Position numbers and translations under genes: made by a program. DNA of 64,000 nucleotides from a virus, in the IMG/VR virus record IMGVR_UViG_3300047476_000639, positions 1 to 64,000 of that record; one strand, written 5' to 3'. The notes under the pieces were generated by a model. That model did not search any database. It had not been told where the DNA came from and saw only the letters and a list, made by a program, of their open reading frames with translations. Below, piece after piece: positions 8,528 through 17,155 of the stretch. How positions within the stretch are numbered: position 1 is the stretch's first letter; every line of letters begins with the position of its first letter.

Positions 8528-10453
8528 ATGTCAGGCAGTAACATGTTACCGACCCTCTATCAGGAGTTCATTCATAAGTCACGCTATGCCCGATGGCTAT
8601 GGGAAGAAAATCGTAGAGAGAATTGGGACGAAACCGTTGCACGTTATTTCAATTTCTTTGATGAGCATATCAAAGAAGTTACAGGTTATAATGTAACTAA
8701 AGAAGAGCGTAAGCAGCTAGAAGAAGCTGTACTCAATCTTGAAATCATGCCATCTATGCGTTGCTTGATGACTGCTGGTGAAGCACTCAAGCGTGAGAAT
8801 GTTGCTGGCTATAACTGTTCGTATGTTGCTGTTGATAGCCCTCGTTCGTTTGATGAAATTCTTTATATCTTGATGAATGGTACTGGTGTAGGTTTCTCAG
8901 TAGAATCCAAGTATGTGGATCAACTGCCTGTGGTCCCCGATGCTTTCTTCGATACTGAAACTACAATTTCCGTTGCTGACTCCAAGTTGGGTTGGGCAAA
9001 GGCTCTCAAAGAACTTATTCATCTTCTTTATGCTGGCCAAGTACCTGCTTGGGATTTGAGCAAAGTTCGTCCTGCTGGTGCACCTCTTAAGACATTTGGT
9101 GGTCGAGCATCTGGTCCCGGTCCATTAGAAGAACTCTTCAAGTTTACTGTTGCAACATTTAAGAAGGCCGCAGGTCGTAGACTGAACACATTGGAGGCAC
9201 ATGACATTGTTTGTAAAATTGCTGAGATTGTCGTTGTCGGCGGTGTTAGACGCTCTGCGCTTATTTCTCTTTCTGACCTTAGTGATGATAGAATGCGCGT
9301 TGCAAAGTCTGGTGACTGGTGGAAAGAGAATGTACAACGCGCTCTTGCTAACAACTCTTTCGTTGCAAAAGAGAAGCCTGATGTGGGCCTCTTCATGCGT
9401 GAGTGGCTTTCCCTCTATGAGTCGCGCTCTGGCGAACGCGGCATTTTTAGTCGAACTGCGTCTAAGAAGCAGGCTGAGAAGTTCGGACGCCGTGATCCTG
9501 AACACGATTTCGGCACCAACCCATGTTCTGAAATCATTCTCCGTTCACGCGAGTTCTGTAATCTTACAGAGGTTGTCGTCAGAGGAGATGATACGCCCGA
9601 ATCACTCAAGCGCAAGGTCAAACTCGCAACTATACTTGGTACATTCCAATCCACACTTACCAACTTCAAATACTTGAGCAAGAAGTGGGCTGAGAACTGT
9701 GCTGAAGAGCGGCTGCTTGGTGTGTCATTGACTGGCATCATGGACAATCAGTTTACGAATGGTGGTGTTGCAGGTGTTGAACATCTTGGACCAATGTTGG
9801 AGGGACTACGTGAAGAAGCTGTCAAAACTAACAAGACTTGGGCTGCAAAGCTTGGTATACCTGTCTCTGCTGCTATTACTTGCGTCAAGCCTTCTGGCAC
9901 TGTATCTCAGTTGGTTGACTCCGCATCTGGTATTCACGCCCGTCATAGTCCTTACTACATTCGTACTGTTCGTGCAGATAAGAAAGATCCTCTCGCAGTT
10001 ATGATGAAGGACATGGGTTTCCCATGTGAAGATGATGTGATGAAACCTGACCACACCTATGTGTTTTCGTTCCCGCAGAAGTCACCTGATCATGCCGTGT
10101 TCCGTACTGACATGACTGCTATTCAACAGCTTGAACTGTGGCTTGTTTATCAGCGCCATTGGTGTGAGCATAAACCTTCTGTTACTATCTCTGTAAAAGA
10201 AGAAGAGTGGCCAGAAGTTGGCGCATGGGTCTATAATCACTTTGATGAAATGTCAGGTGTTTCTTTCTTACCATTCTCTGATCATGTCTATAAGCAAGCG
10301 CCTTATCAAGACTGCACGAAAGAAGAATATGAAGCTCTTCTTCAGAAGATGCCAAAGAATGTCATTTGGACCGATTTGGCTAAGTACGAAAAGAGAGACA
10401 GTACAACCGGCTCACAAGAACTTGCTTGCGTGGCCGGAGGCTGTGAAATTTAA
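8528..10453 (+). CDS. ribonucleotide reductase, class II-like (probably adenosylcobalamin-dependent)
   Basis: Catalytic motif TNPCSEIIL; N-terminal YQEFIHKSRYARW; C-terminal Cys pair CVAGGCEI; single large subunit with no visible NrdB partner. Confidence 0.7.
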   Translation: MSGSNMLPTLYQEFIHKSRYARWLWEENRRENWDETVARYFNFFDEHIKEVTGYNVTKEERKQLEEAVLNLEIMPSMRCLMTAGEALKRENVAGYNCSYVAVDSPRSFDEILYILMNGTGVGFSVESKYVDQLPVVPDAFFDTETTISVADSKLGWAKALKELIHLLYAGQVPAWDLSKVRPAGAPLKTFGGRASGPGPLEELFKFTVATFKKAAGRRLNTLEAHDIVCKIAEIVVVGGVRRSALISLSDLSDDRMRVAKSGDWWKENVQRALANNSFVAKEKPDVGLFMREWLSLYESRSGERGIFSRTASKKQAEKFGRRDPEHDFGTNPCSEIILRSREFCNLTEVVVRGDDTPESLKRKVKLATILGTFQSTLTNFKYLSKKWAENCAEERLLGVSLTGIMDNQFTNGGVAGVEHLGPMLEGLREEAVKTNKTWAAKLGIPVSAAITCVKPSGTVSQLVDSASGIHARHSPYYIRTVRADKKDPLAVMMKDMGFPCEDDVMKPDHTYVFSFPQKSPDHAVFRTDMTAIQQLELWLVYQRHWCEHKPSVTISVKEEEWPEVGAWVYNHFDEMSGVSFLPFSDHVYKQAPYQDCTKEEYEALLQKMPKNVIWTDLAKYEKRDSTTGSQELACVAGGCEI

Positions 10454-10463
10454 GGAACGATTA

Positions 10464-10625
10464 CATGTCAAAAGAAGTAGAAAAGGTAAAATGTGATTAT
10501 TGCGAATCCTCATATAAAATTCTTTATGACTATGAAGAGACGCAAGGCCAACCTCGGTTCTGCTCCTTCTGTGGCGAAGAGTGCTTTGATGAAGAAGAAG
10601 TAGATTTGGAGAGTGATGATGAATA
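10464..10625 (+). CDS. small zinc-ribbon protein (53 aa, not in the ORF track)
   Basis: MSKEVEKVKCDYCESS...RFCSFCGEEC then an acidic tail; RBS-like aagga upstream. Confidence 0.3.
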
Positions 10626-10775
10626 AGTTATTCAGACTGATATTCAAAAAATATGAAGAAGATGATGTATCGCTGTATGTTCATAGTGGTGTTGGATACT
10701 CAGGTATAGACTTTGACTTATGGTATGCACAACCGGCAAGATTGAAACATTGTGGTGTTGGTTTTGGAGGTACGT

Positions 10776-11123
10776 ATGACTGATTATGCAAAGGGCTTCA
10801 AGGACGGTTTTGCTGCTGGGCTTGAAGAAGGTAAGAAGATTGCACCAAAAGAACAAACGTATAATCCATGGATTGATACTGGTCCATATGTTGGTAAGGT
10901 AAAAGAAAGCTGCCCCAAGTGTGGTATCAAGATTAGCGGTGTGATGGGATATGTTTGTTCTAGTCCAAACTGCCCAACATTTCCACAAGTGACATGTGGT
11001 ACCCCAATGACAGGTGCTGTTGGTCCTATGCCGACACAGAGTTGGAATCCTTTTTATAATGATTTACCAGGTCCCATGGATTATAATGATTTCAAAGAGA
11101 CATACCCTTCTGGGTACAGGTAA
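10776..11123 (+). CDS. Cys-rich hypothetical protein
   Basis: CPKCGIKISG...CSSPNCP; start moved to the ATG with ttggagg RBS. Confidence 0.4.
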   Translation: MTDYAKGFKDGFAAGLEEGKKIAPKEQTYNPWIDTGPYVGKVKESCPKCGIKISGVMGYVCSSPNCPTFPQVTCGTPMTGAVGPMPTQSWNPFYNDLPGPMDYNDFKETYPSGYR

Positions 11124-11143
11124 CATACATACCCTAAAAGGGT

Positions 11144-11551
11144 ATGCTCATGTGGTACTACAACGACAAAGAAATTGGTGATGATGATATCGAAGGCTAT
11201 GTGTCCTTTGTGTATCGCATCACCAATCTAGAAAATGGAAAACAATACATTGGTAAAAAGAACTTCACGAAAGTCCGAAGCAAAAAAGTCAAAGGCAAAA
11301 CGCGAAGAAAAAGAGTCAAAAGTGAAAGCGACTGGCGAGAATACTTTGGTTCAAACCTCACACTTCTTGGAGACGTTGAGAAACTGGGACGAGACGGATT
11401 CAAAAGAGAAATCTTGAAGCTCTGCAAGTCTAAAGGCACAGCGAACTACTGGGAAGCTTGGTATCAAATGAATGAGAAAGTTTTAGAATCCGATACGTAT
11501 TACAATGATTGGATAATGGTCAAAGTTCACAGGTCGCATATCAAAGAATAA
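11144..11551 (+). CDS. GIY-YIG-like nuclease domain protein
   Basis: GYVSFVYRITNLENGKQYIGKK fits the GIY-x(10)-YIG module. Confidence 0.5.
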   Translation: MLMWYYNDKEIGDDDIEGYVSFVYRITNLENGKQYIGKKNFTKVRSKKVKGKTRRKRVKSESDWREYFGSNLTLLGDVEKLGRDGFKREILKLCKSKGTANYWEAWYQMNEKVLESDTYYNDWIMVKVHRSHIKE

Positions 11552-11613
11552 CGCGACACTCTGTCATGCTGCATTGCACAATGCAAAATACTATATATTA
11601 GTGACAATCAGAC

Positions 11614-11811
11614 ATGACAGAAAGGAGTCCTACCATGATCGCATGGGGAAGAGCATTACAGAATATGATGTGTTTTAGAGATACGGAGAGCGGCCTAGTT
11701 CGTATGTTCAGAACTGAATACTCTAAGGAATATCAGCATCTGCGAAAGCAGGGCACAGATATTGATGATAGCTTTGTGAGAACATTCTTGGAATTGAAAA
11801 AGCAGTCCTAA
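11614..11811 (+). CDS. hypothetical small protein
   Basis: ORF with aaggag-like RBS (gaaaggagtcc). Confidence 0.35.
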   Translation: MTERSPTMIAWGRALQNMMCFRDTESGLVRMFRTEYSKEYQHLRKQGTDIDDSFVRTFLELKKQS

Positions 11812-11840
11812 CCAATACTAGAAGTTGTATTCTATGGTAA

Positions 11841-11875
11841 ATGGCAGAAATTCAGTTTTCTGCCATTTTTTGTTT
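11841..11875 (+). terminator. rho-independent terminator
   Basis: 10-bp stem ATGGCAGAAA / TTTCTGCCAT, loop ttcagt, then TTTTTGTTT. Confidence 0.6.
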
Positions 11876-11903
11876 GACATTCATTTCCGTATCCTTTATA
11901 AAT
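11874..11903 (+). promoter_or_regulatory. sigma70-like promoter, TTGACA - 17 nt - TATAAAT
   Basis: Consensus -35 and -10 elements just downstream of the terminator and upstream of the GC-rich gene. Confidence 0.5.
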
Positions 11904-11932
11904 GTCTTTGTAACAACGAAAGAGGTTCTCGA

Positions 11933-12202
11933 ATGTCTTACGTGATCTACAACACCGAAACGACCCGTCTCGCCGGTGGCTCCTTCAACTACAAAGTTTA
12001 CCCGACTGAGCGTGGAGCTAAGATTGCTCTCGCCCGTCTTGAAAACAAGTCTGACTTTGCTATCGCTGAGATCAACCACTTCTACGCAAACATTGAGAAG
12101 AAAGAGACGAAGCGCAACATGATGAGTGGAAAAGAGTTCACTCAGGGTGTGAACACTCCTCTGTGCTGTGATCCGTCTTCTGAAACTTACTGGAGCATGT
12201 GA
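11933..12202 (+). CDS. hypothetical protein in a GC-rich island with host-like codon usage
   Basis: ATG with aaagagg RBS; strong third-position C/G bias unlike neighbouring genes. Confidence 0.5.
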   Translation: MSYVIYNTETTRLAGGSFNYKVYPTERGAKIALARLENKSDFAIAEINHFYANIEKKETKRNMMSGKEFTQGVNTPLCCDPSSETYWSM

Positions 12203-12308
12203 GAATGAAAAAGCGAAACTTTGTCGCGAAATCTTTGTGGTCGCCAAAGTTTCGCAAACAAGTTATAAAGTCTAAGAAGGTTTATTCTCGCAAGGAGAAA
12301 CATAGAAG

Positions 12309-12494
12309 ATGGGCTTAAAGACTTACACATATTACAACGAGATTCCGAAGCTATTGCAGGATTATGTTCTGGTGGTTTCTGGTGCGCGAAACATTCTTGA
12401 GATTGATCTTGATGATATCAATCTGTTTCTCTCTGAGATGGATCAGTTTTGTCGCAAAGAACCTGAACATGAACAGGATGGTTGGGCAGTTTAG
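12309..12494 (+). CDS. hypothetical small protein
   Basis: ORF with aaggaga RBS. Confidence 0.35.
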   Translation: MGLKTYTYYNEIPKLLQDYVLVVSGARNILEIDLDDINLFLSEMDQFCRKEPEHEQDGWAV

Positions 12495-12859
12495 TGGCTA
12501 TTATCTACACACATAATCGATCAGCTAAGAAAAAGCCGTCAAAGAAGACGTTGCGTCTTAGAGAAGAGCGTTCTGCATATTTTGCATCTATAAAGAATAC
12601 TGTAGATGCACCTGATCGTTCGATGTATTTACCGGCACCACTGGTTAAGAAGTCGCTTCCGCCTTTATCTAATTCTGTTGGAAATGGCTTCAAGCGGTCT
12701 GTTGAAGACTATAAATGGAAGCGTGACCGAGAAGAATCCGTTGCCACTGCTAAAGCGATTGAAGAAAAGAAGAAGCGCCTGGCTCCGTCATTCAACAAGG
12801 GTCCTGTTCAGTACATCACTGATGGTGCTGACGTTGAAACACTAGGGAGAAAAATGTGA
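12482..12859 (+). CDS. hypothetical basic protein
   Basis: ORF overlapping the upstream gene. Confidence 0.4.
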   Translation: MGSLVAIIYTHNRSAKKKPSKKTLRLREERSAYFASIKNTVDAPDRSMYLPAPLVKKSLPPLSNSVGNGFKRSVEDYKWKRDREESVATAKAIEEKKKRLAPSFNKGPVQYITDGADVETLGRKM

Positions 12860-13053
12860 TGATTAGAGAAGAGCATAAAGCATATCATTCTGATGTTCAG
12901 AAGATCATTGACAGACTGCAAAAAATTCAAGATATTTTTGCTTCTGAGCATATTGAAGATGCAATGAGAATGTTGGTTATCCAATCGTGGGAAATCAAAG
13001 CGCACCGCGACCCCGTGAGCCGCGACACTTGGGAAAAATTTGAAGGAAAGTAA
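12856..13053 (+). CDS. hypothetical small protein
   Basis: ATGA overlap with the upstream stop. Confidence 0.35.
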   Translation: MMIREEHKAYHSDVQKIIDRLQKIQDIFASEHIEDAMRMLVIQSWEIKAHRDPVSRDTWEKFEGK

Positions 13054-13054
13054 A

Positions 13055-13495
13055 ATGAACAAGGTTATCGTTTTTGACATTGATGGCACTCTTGCGAACA
13101 TTGAGCATCGCAGAGCTTTTGTCGCAACGAAGCCAAAGAACTGGAAAGCATTCACTGCGGGTATCCCAAATGATACTCCGCATGAAGAGATTGTGTGGCT
13201 TACTCGCGCACTATTCACTCACAATACCACTGTCGTTCTTTGCTCTGGTCGTGGTGAGGAACAACGTGAAGTGACCGAAAAGCAGATGAAGGACTTTGGT
13301 GTGACTTTCGACAAGCTATTCATGAGGCCCGCAAAGGATCATCGGCCTGATGATATCATCAAGGTTGAACTGCTTCAGCAGATCCGTAAGGAGTTTGGTG
13401 AGCCGTTTCTGTGGTTTGATGACCGTACGCGGGTAGTTAATGCAATCCGTGCCGAAGGCGTTCGTGTCCTTCAGGTGGCACCAGGAGATTTCTGA
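13055..13495 (+). CDS. pnk: polynucleotide 3'-phosphatase (HAD family), homologous to the C-terminal half of T4 Pnk
   Basis: HAD motif I VFDIDGTLA; C-terminal WFDDRTRVVNAIRAEGVRVLQVAPGDF closely matches T4 Pnk [26 protein letters not shown]; ATG with gaaggaaag RBS (the track start is TTG). Confidence 0.75.
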   Translation: MNKVIVFDIDGTLANIEHRRAFVATKPKNWKAFTAGIPNDTPHEEIVWLTRALFTHNTTVVLCSGRGEEQREVTEKQMKDFGVTFDKLFMRPAKDHRPDDIIKVELLQQIRKEFGEPFLWFDDRTRVVNAIRAEGVRVLQVAPGDF

Positions 13496-13577
13496 TGGAA
13501 TTTTTAGTGATCATCGTCATTTTTCTCCTGTGTGCTGTTTTAGATAAGTTGAATAACTTAGAAAAGTTGGTAAAGAA

Positions 13578-13796
13578 ATGATCACGAAAGAAAACTTCGG
13601 CGGTATTGCTGTTGCCGATTTGCTTGTGATGACAGGCCTTGCAAAAAGCAAATCTGAAGCAAGACGCGGTATACAACAAGGCGCCGTTCGTATGAATGAT
13701 AGAAAGATTACTGATCCAACTATGCGTGTCGGTTGGTTGAAGAAAGATGATGGCACGTTTGAAGTTTGGTCATTGGAGGAAAGTAATGAAGTATGA
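13578..13796 (+). CDS. stand-alone S4-fold RNA-binding protein resembling the TyrRS C-terminal tRNA-binding domain
   Basis: LAKSKSEARRGIQQGAVRMNDRKITDP matches the TyrRS C-terminal / S4 consensus (SxxEARRlIqqGgVrvNgekvtDp). Confidence 0.55.
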   Translation: MITKENFGGIAVADLLVMTGLAKSKSEARRGIQQGAVRMNDRKITDPTMRVGWLKKDDGTFEVWSLEESNEV

Positions 13797-14976
13797 ATTT
13801 CCTAACATATTACACATAGATGATGTGTTACCGCACATTAAGGACTCTCCTGAGTTCATCCATGCTGTGAAGGATGGCTATACCGTAATCAACTACGTTG
13901 TGGCTGGTCACGATACTTTTCCTGATGTTGAACAGTCGCCTGAACTTGAATTTGATATTCTTGCCCAGCGCAATGCTCTTCGTCGTGAGTGTCGCGGTCT
14001 TGTGTTTGACTCTGAAACTGGTGAACTGATCAATCGTCGGTATCACAAGTTCTTCAATGTGAACGAGCGTGATGAGACTTTGCTGGACAAGATTGACTGG
14101 TCTAAGCCTCACATTATTCTTGAGAAGCTTGACGGCTCAATGGTATCTCCTTGCCGAGTGCGTAACCACATTCGTTGGATGACCAAGATGGGCGTTACTG
14201 ACACTTCCATGGAAGCAGAAGCATTTGTGGCTAAGAACCCAAAGTATGCTCTTGTTGCTCGGATGGCATATGATCGTGATCTGACTTTGATCTTTGAATG
14301 GTGTTCTAACAAGAACCGTATCGTACTGGACTATCCTGATGATCGTCTTGTGCTTACTGCTGTTCGGTTCAACGATAATGGTAAGTACATGCCATATGAT
14401 GAACTGAAGCAACTCGCGGCTGGGTTTGATATCCCTCTTGTTCAGGCGTGGGACTCTCGTATCACACATGATGTTCTTACCAAGATTGTTCGTCAATCTG
14501 AGAACATTGAAGGTGTGGTTGTTCGGTTTGATGACGGCCACATGGTCAAGATCAAGTCGGACTGGTATGTCCGTATTCACAAGGTCAAGTCTATGCTTGG
14601 TCAGGAACGTGATGTTGTAGAACTGATACTGAAGAACGAATTGGATGATATGCTTCCTGTCCTTCCAAAAGAAGACGTTGAGCGAGTGGAAAAGTTCCGT
14701 GTGAAGATGGAAGAGAGACTTCGCGCCGATGCTTACGTTCTGGATCAGACTATTCGTTACACCCGTTCTGGAATGGATCGGAAGTCTTTTGCATTAGAAG
14801 CAGCACCTAACATCTCTCCTGTGATTCGTGGTATGATCTTCCAGTTTTGGGACAAGGAATGTAACGAACACTTGACTTATCAGGCCATTGTTGCTACAAT
14901 ACTCAAGAACTGTGGCAATAACGGTTCCTACGCAAAGGTCAAGGAAGCGTTTCTAAAGGATGTTAACTATGTCTAG
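13786..14976 (+). CDS. rnlA: RNA ligase 1 (T4 RnlA-like)
   Basis: Nucleotidyltransferase motif [12 protein letters not shown] (T4 ILTKEDGSLVS); [23 protein letters not shown] versus T4 [23 protein letters not shown]. Confidence 0.85.
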   Translation: [396 protein letters not shown]

Positions 14977-15457
14977 GCCGAAATTGTGGATGCTTGTCGG
15001 AGTCCCTGGCTCCGGCAAGTCTACTTGGATAAACAGTGGTATTGTCGGATCTGGTGTCTATGTGGCATCTACCGATAATATCATTGAAGGTCTTGCTCAG
15101 ATTGCCGGAAAGACCTATGATGAAATGTTTAAGTCTTCTATCAAGTATGCTGAAAAGACAATGTATGTGAATGTCATGGATGCTGTGAAGCGAGATATGA
15201 CTATTATCTGGGATCAAACCAATCTTACTTTTAAGTCTCGCGCTAAAAAGTTGATTATGATTCCTGATCATTATATGAAAATTGCCGTTTTATTTCCTAC
15301 TCCTCAAGAAAAAGAGTTGCAAAGGCGACTTAGTTCTCGGTCGGGCAAGACTATTCCTGAGCATGTGATTGCTTCGATGACTGACACGATGGAAGTTCCT
15401 ATGCTTGCAGAAGGTTTCGATGAGGTGCGTGTCGCAGATTTTATGGAGAATGTATAA
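14960..15457 (+). CDS. pnk: polynucleotide 5'-kinase (P-loop), homologous to the N-terminal half of T4 Pnk
   Basis: Walker A MLVGVPGSGKSTW versus T4 LTIGCPGSGKSTW; WDQTNL resembles T4 SDTNL. Confidence 0.65.
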   Translation: MLTMSRPKLWMLVGVPGSGKSTWINSGIVGSGVYVASTDNIIEGLAQIAGKTYDEMFKSSIKYAEKTMYVNVMDAVKRDMTIIWDQTNLTFKSRAKKLIMIPDHYMKIAVLFPTPQEKELQRRLSSRSGKTIPEHVIASMTDTMEVPMLAEGFDEVRVADFMENV

Positions 15458-15690
15458 TGAGTAATCCCTTTGATGCTCTTCACGCTGCTCTTGCTTCTGC
15501 GGAGCACCGTGACATGCCTGATGTTGAATATGAAACCCGAGATTGGTCTGCGTTCAACAATCTTTCAAGTGAAGAAAAGAAAGAGTTTAGTAAAAACGTT
15601 CCTGACTTTCTAAAGATCAAGAAGATTCGTCGCCCTTATGTTGGGGATCAACTGCTCTTGGATATCCTGGTATCGGCGGTTCTGCAATGA
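15457..15690 (+). CDS. hypothetical small protein
   Basis: ATGA overlap with the upstream stop. Confidence 0.35.
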   Translation: MSNPFDALHAALASAEHRDMPDVEYETRDWSAFNNLSSEEKKEFSKNVPDFLKIKKIRRPYVGDQLLLDILVSAVLQ

Positions 15691-15875
15691 CTGACGCATA
15701 TACTGTTGTTGTGTCTTATGGTGGCCGTCAGTTTTGTGTCTATTTTGGCTGTGGTGTTCTCGCATATAAGGTTGACTTGAACAAGATGGCACCCACTGGT
15801 CGTGCTGCATTCATGAGTGATCTTCGTGATCATTGTTTGGTTGATGTGCAAAAGGCTGCTACTCGTTATGTCTAA
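15687..15875 (+). CDS. hypothetical small protein
   Basis: ATGA overlap with the upstream stop. Confidence 0.35.
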   Translation: MTDAYTVVVSYGGRQFCVYFGCGVLAYKVDLNKMAPTGRAAFMSDLRDHCLVDVQKAATRYV

Positions 15876-16158
15876 TTGGGGTAGTGATGTTGAGGTTGAA
15901 CGGCGCAACCGCATCCGCTTGACCTTGGCTGCCTTTGCGTATGAGTTTGATGATAATCCTATCATGTCAGATGCAGAGTTTGATGAACTATCACAAAAGA
16001 TTAGACCTGATATTAAAACAGGTATGAAGAAACATGATGAGTTCTTTCGAGAGCATTTCGATCCAAACACAGGCATGTGGATTCGTCAGCATCCGTTTCT
16101 TCGCAAGGTAGAACATACATATCGTTGGTTCCTAAGTAAAGGATATTACAACAAATGA
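15868..16158 (+). CDS. small protein resembling NAD-dependent DNA ligase domain Ia
   Basis: TLAAFAYEFDDNPIMSDAEFDELSQKI resembles the LigA Ia motif AAxAYYvlDxPxiSDAEYDxL; ATGTCTAA overlap with the upstream stop. Confidence 0.4.
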   Translation: MSNWGSDVEVERRNRIRLTLAAFAYEFDDNPIMSDAEFDELSQKIRPDIKTGMKKHDEFFREHFDPNTGMWIRQHPFLRKVEHTYRWFLSKGYYNK

Positions 16159-16364
16159 ACGAACAACTGTATCAAGATACCGATGTGAGGGTGATAGATC
16201 AGCGTATTGGTATGGGTATCGGTGGTCTCAATACAGTCATTCGGCTGTATCATAAGCCAACTGGTATTCTTATTGAGATGCCAAGGTTGAATAGAAGTCA
16301 ATATTACGATAAAGTGTTGGCGTTTGAGATGTTAGAATATGCATTGTTGGGAGTGAAGGAATGA
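16155..16364 (+). CDS. hypothetical small protein
   Basis: Overlapping start and stop. Confidence 0.35.
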   Translation: MNEQLYQDTDVRVIDQRIGMGIGGLNTVIRLYHKPTGILIEMPRLNRSQYYDKVLAFEMLEYALLGVKE

Positions 16365-16506
16365 AAAAGTTTACAGTACACTACACAATCGGCGCATATC
16401 ATTATGAGTCGACCGTCAATACTTCAAGTTCTGGAGCAGCATTGTTCTGGATTGAAGCTATCGGCGGATATAACGGCTATGTCGTAAAAGAAGAGGAACT
16501 AGAATG
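16361..16506 (+). CDS. hypothetical 48-aa protein (not in the ORF track)
   Basis: ATG after gaagga RBS; ATGA overlaps on both sides fill the gap between tracked ORFs. Confidence 0.3.
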
Positions 16507-16710
16507 ATGTCTTTTGTATTTGATCATGAGATGATACATAAAGCATTACTCGCCAACGGTTGGTACAATCATTGGCATCCAGATAACTGGGTCCATCAAA
16601 TGGATAGTAATCCTGATTGGAGTGGAGTTAACATGAAGACGGCATTTGAAAGACTGCTTAAATCTAAGAACCTAATTCCTGCAAACGTCAATGATTGTTG
16701 GCAATCATGA
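16504..16710 (+). CDS. hypothetical small protein
   Basis: ORF with overlap. Confidence 0.35.
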   Translation: MMSFVFDHEMIHKALLANGWYNHWHPDNWVHQMDSNPDWSGVNMKTAFERLLKSKNLIPANVNDCWQS

Positions 16711-16907
16711 AAACACTGAGTGAATATAATGCTGAGTGGTCTGAGAAGAATAAGAAACTTGGTCGTCATGAAAAGTGGATTGCTCTCGCATGTGATCATT
16801 GTGGACATGAACTTGCAGGTGAAAACATTTTGCTAATGTCTAGTCCGCCGCAGCAAAACATTTATTGTCCGGGTTGTGGTTGGCAGGGTAGGAGATTTGT
16901 ATACTAA
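16695..16907 (+). CDS. small zinc-ribbon protein
   Basis: CDHCGHEL ... CPGCGWQ. Confidence 0.4.
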   Translation: MLAIMKTLSEYNAEWSEKNKKLGRHEKWIALACDHCGHELAGENILLMSSPPQQNIYCPGCGWQGRRFVY

Positions 16908-17155
16908 TGAACAACAGACATAAGTGGAAGAATGAGCAGTTTCGAGCATTGCTTTGGAAAGCCAGCATCGGTTACAATGATAGTTGGTCACAGGTTGATC
17001 CTGAAGTCCTTGAAAAGTTTGCTGAGTTGATTGTCGTAGATTGTTTGATTGAGATTGAACGTCTTGGCATTCGTAATGGTGATACGGAACATAACAGAGC
17101 ATTAGGTGCTGCATGGAAAGCAATCTCTGAAAAATTTGGTGTAACAGAAACATGA
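16907..17155 (+). CDS. hypothetical small protein
   Basis: TAATGA overlap. Confidence 0.35.
   Translation: MNNRHKWKNEQFRALLWKASIGYNDSWSQVDPEVLEKFAELIVVDCLIEIERLGIRNGDTEHNRALGAAWKAISEKFGVTET

Noticed and set aside
9028-9747. Four antisense or alternate-frame ORFs (110-158 aa) inside the ribonucleotide reductase gene
   Set aside because: They are fully embedded in a gene with strong conserved motifs. They look like typical spurious shadow ORFs of a long coding region.
10218-10496. 92-aa + strand ORF overlapping the 3' end of the RNR gene
   Set aside because: It is an alternate-frame overlap of a conserved gene. The downstream space is better explained by a small zinc-ribbon ORF at 10464..10625.
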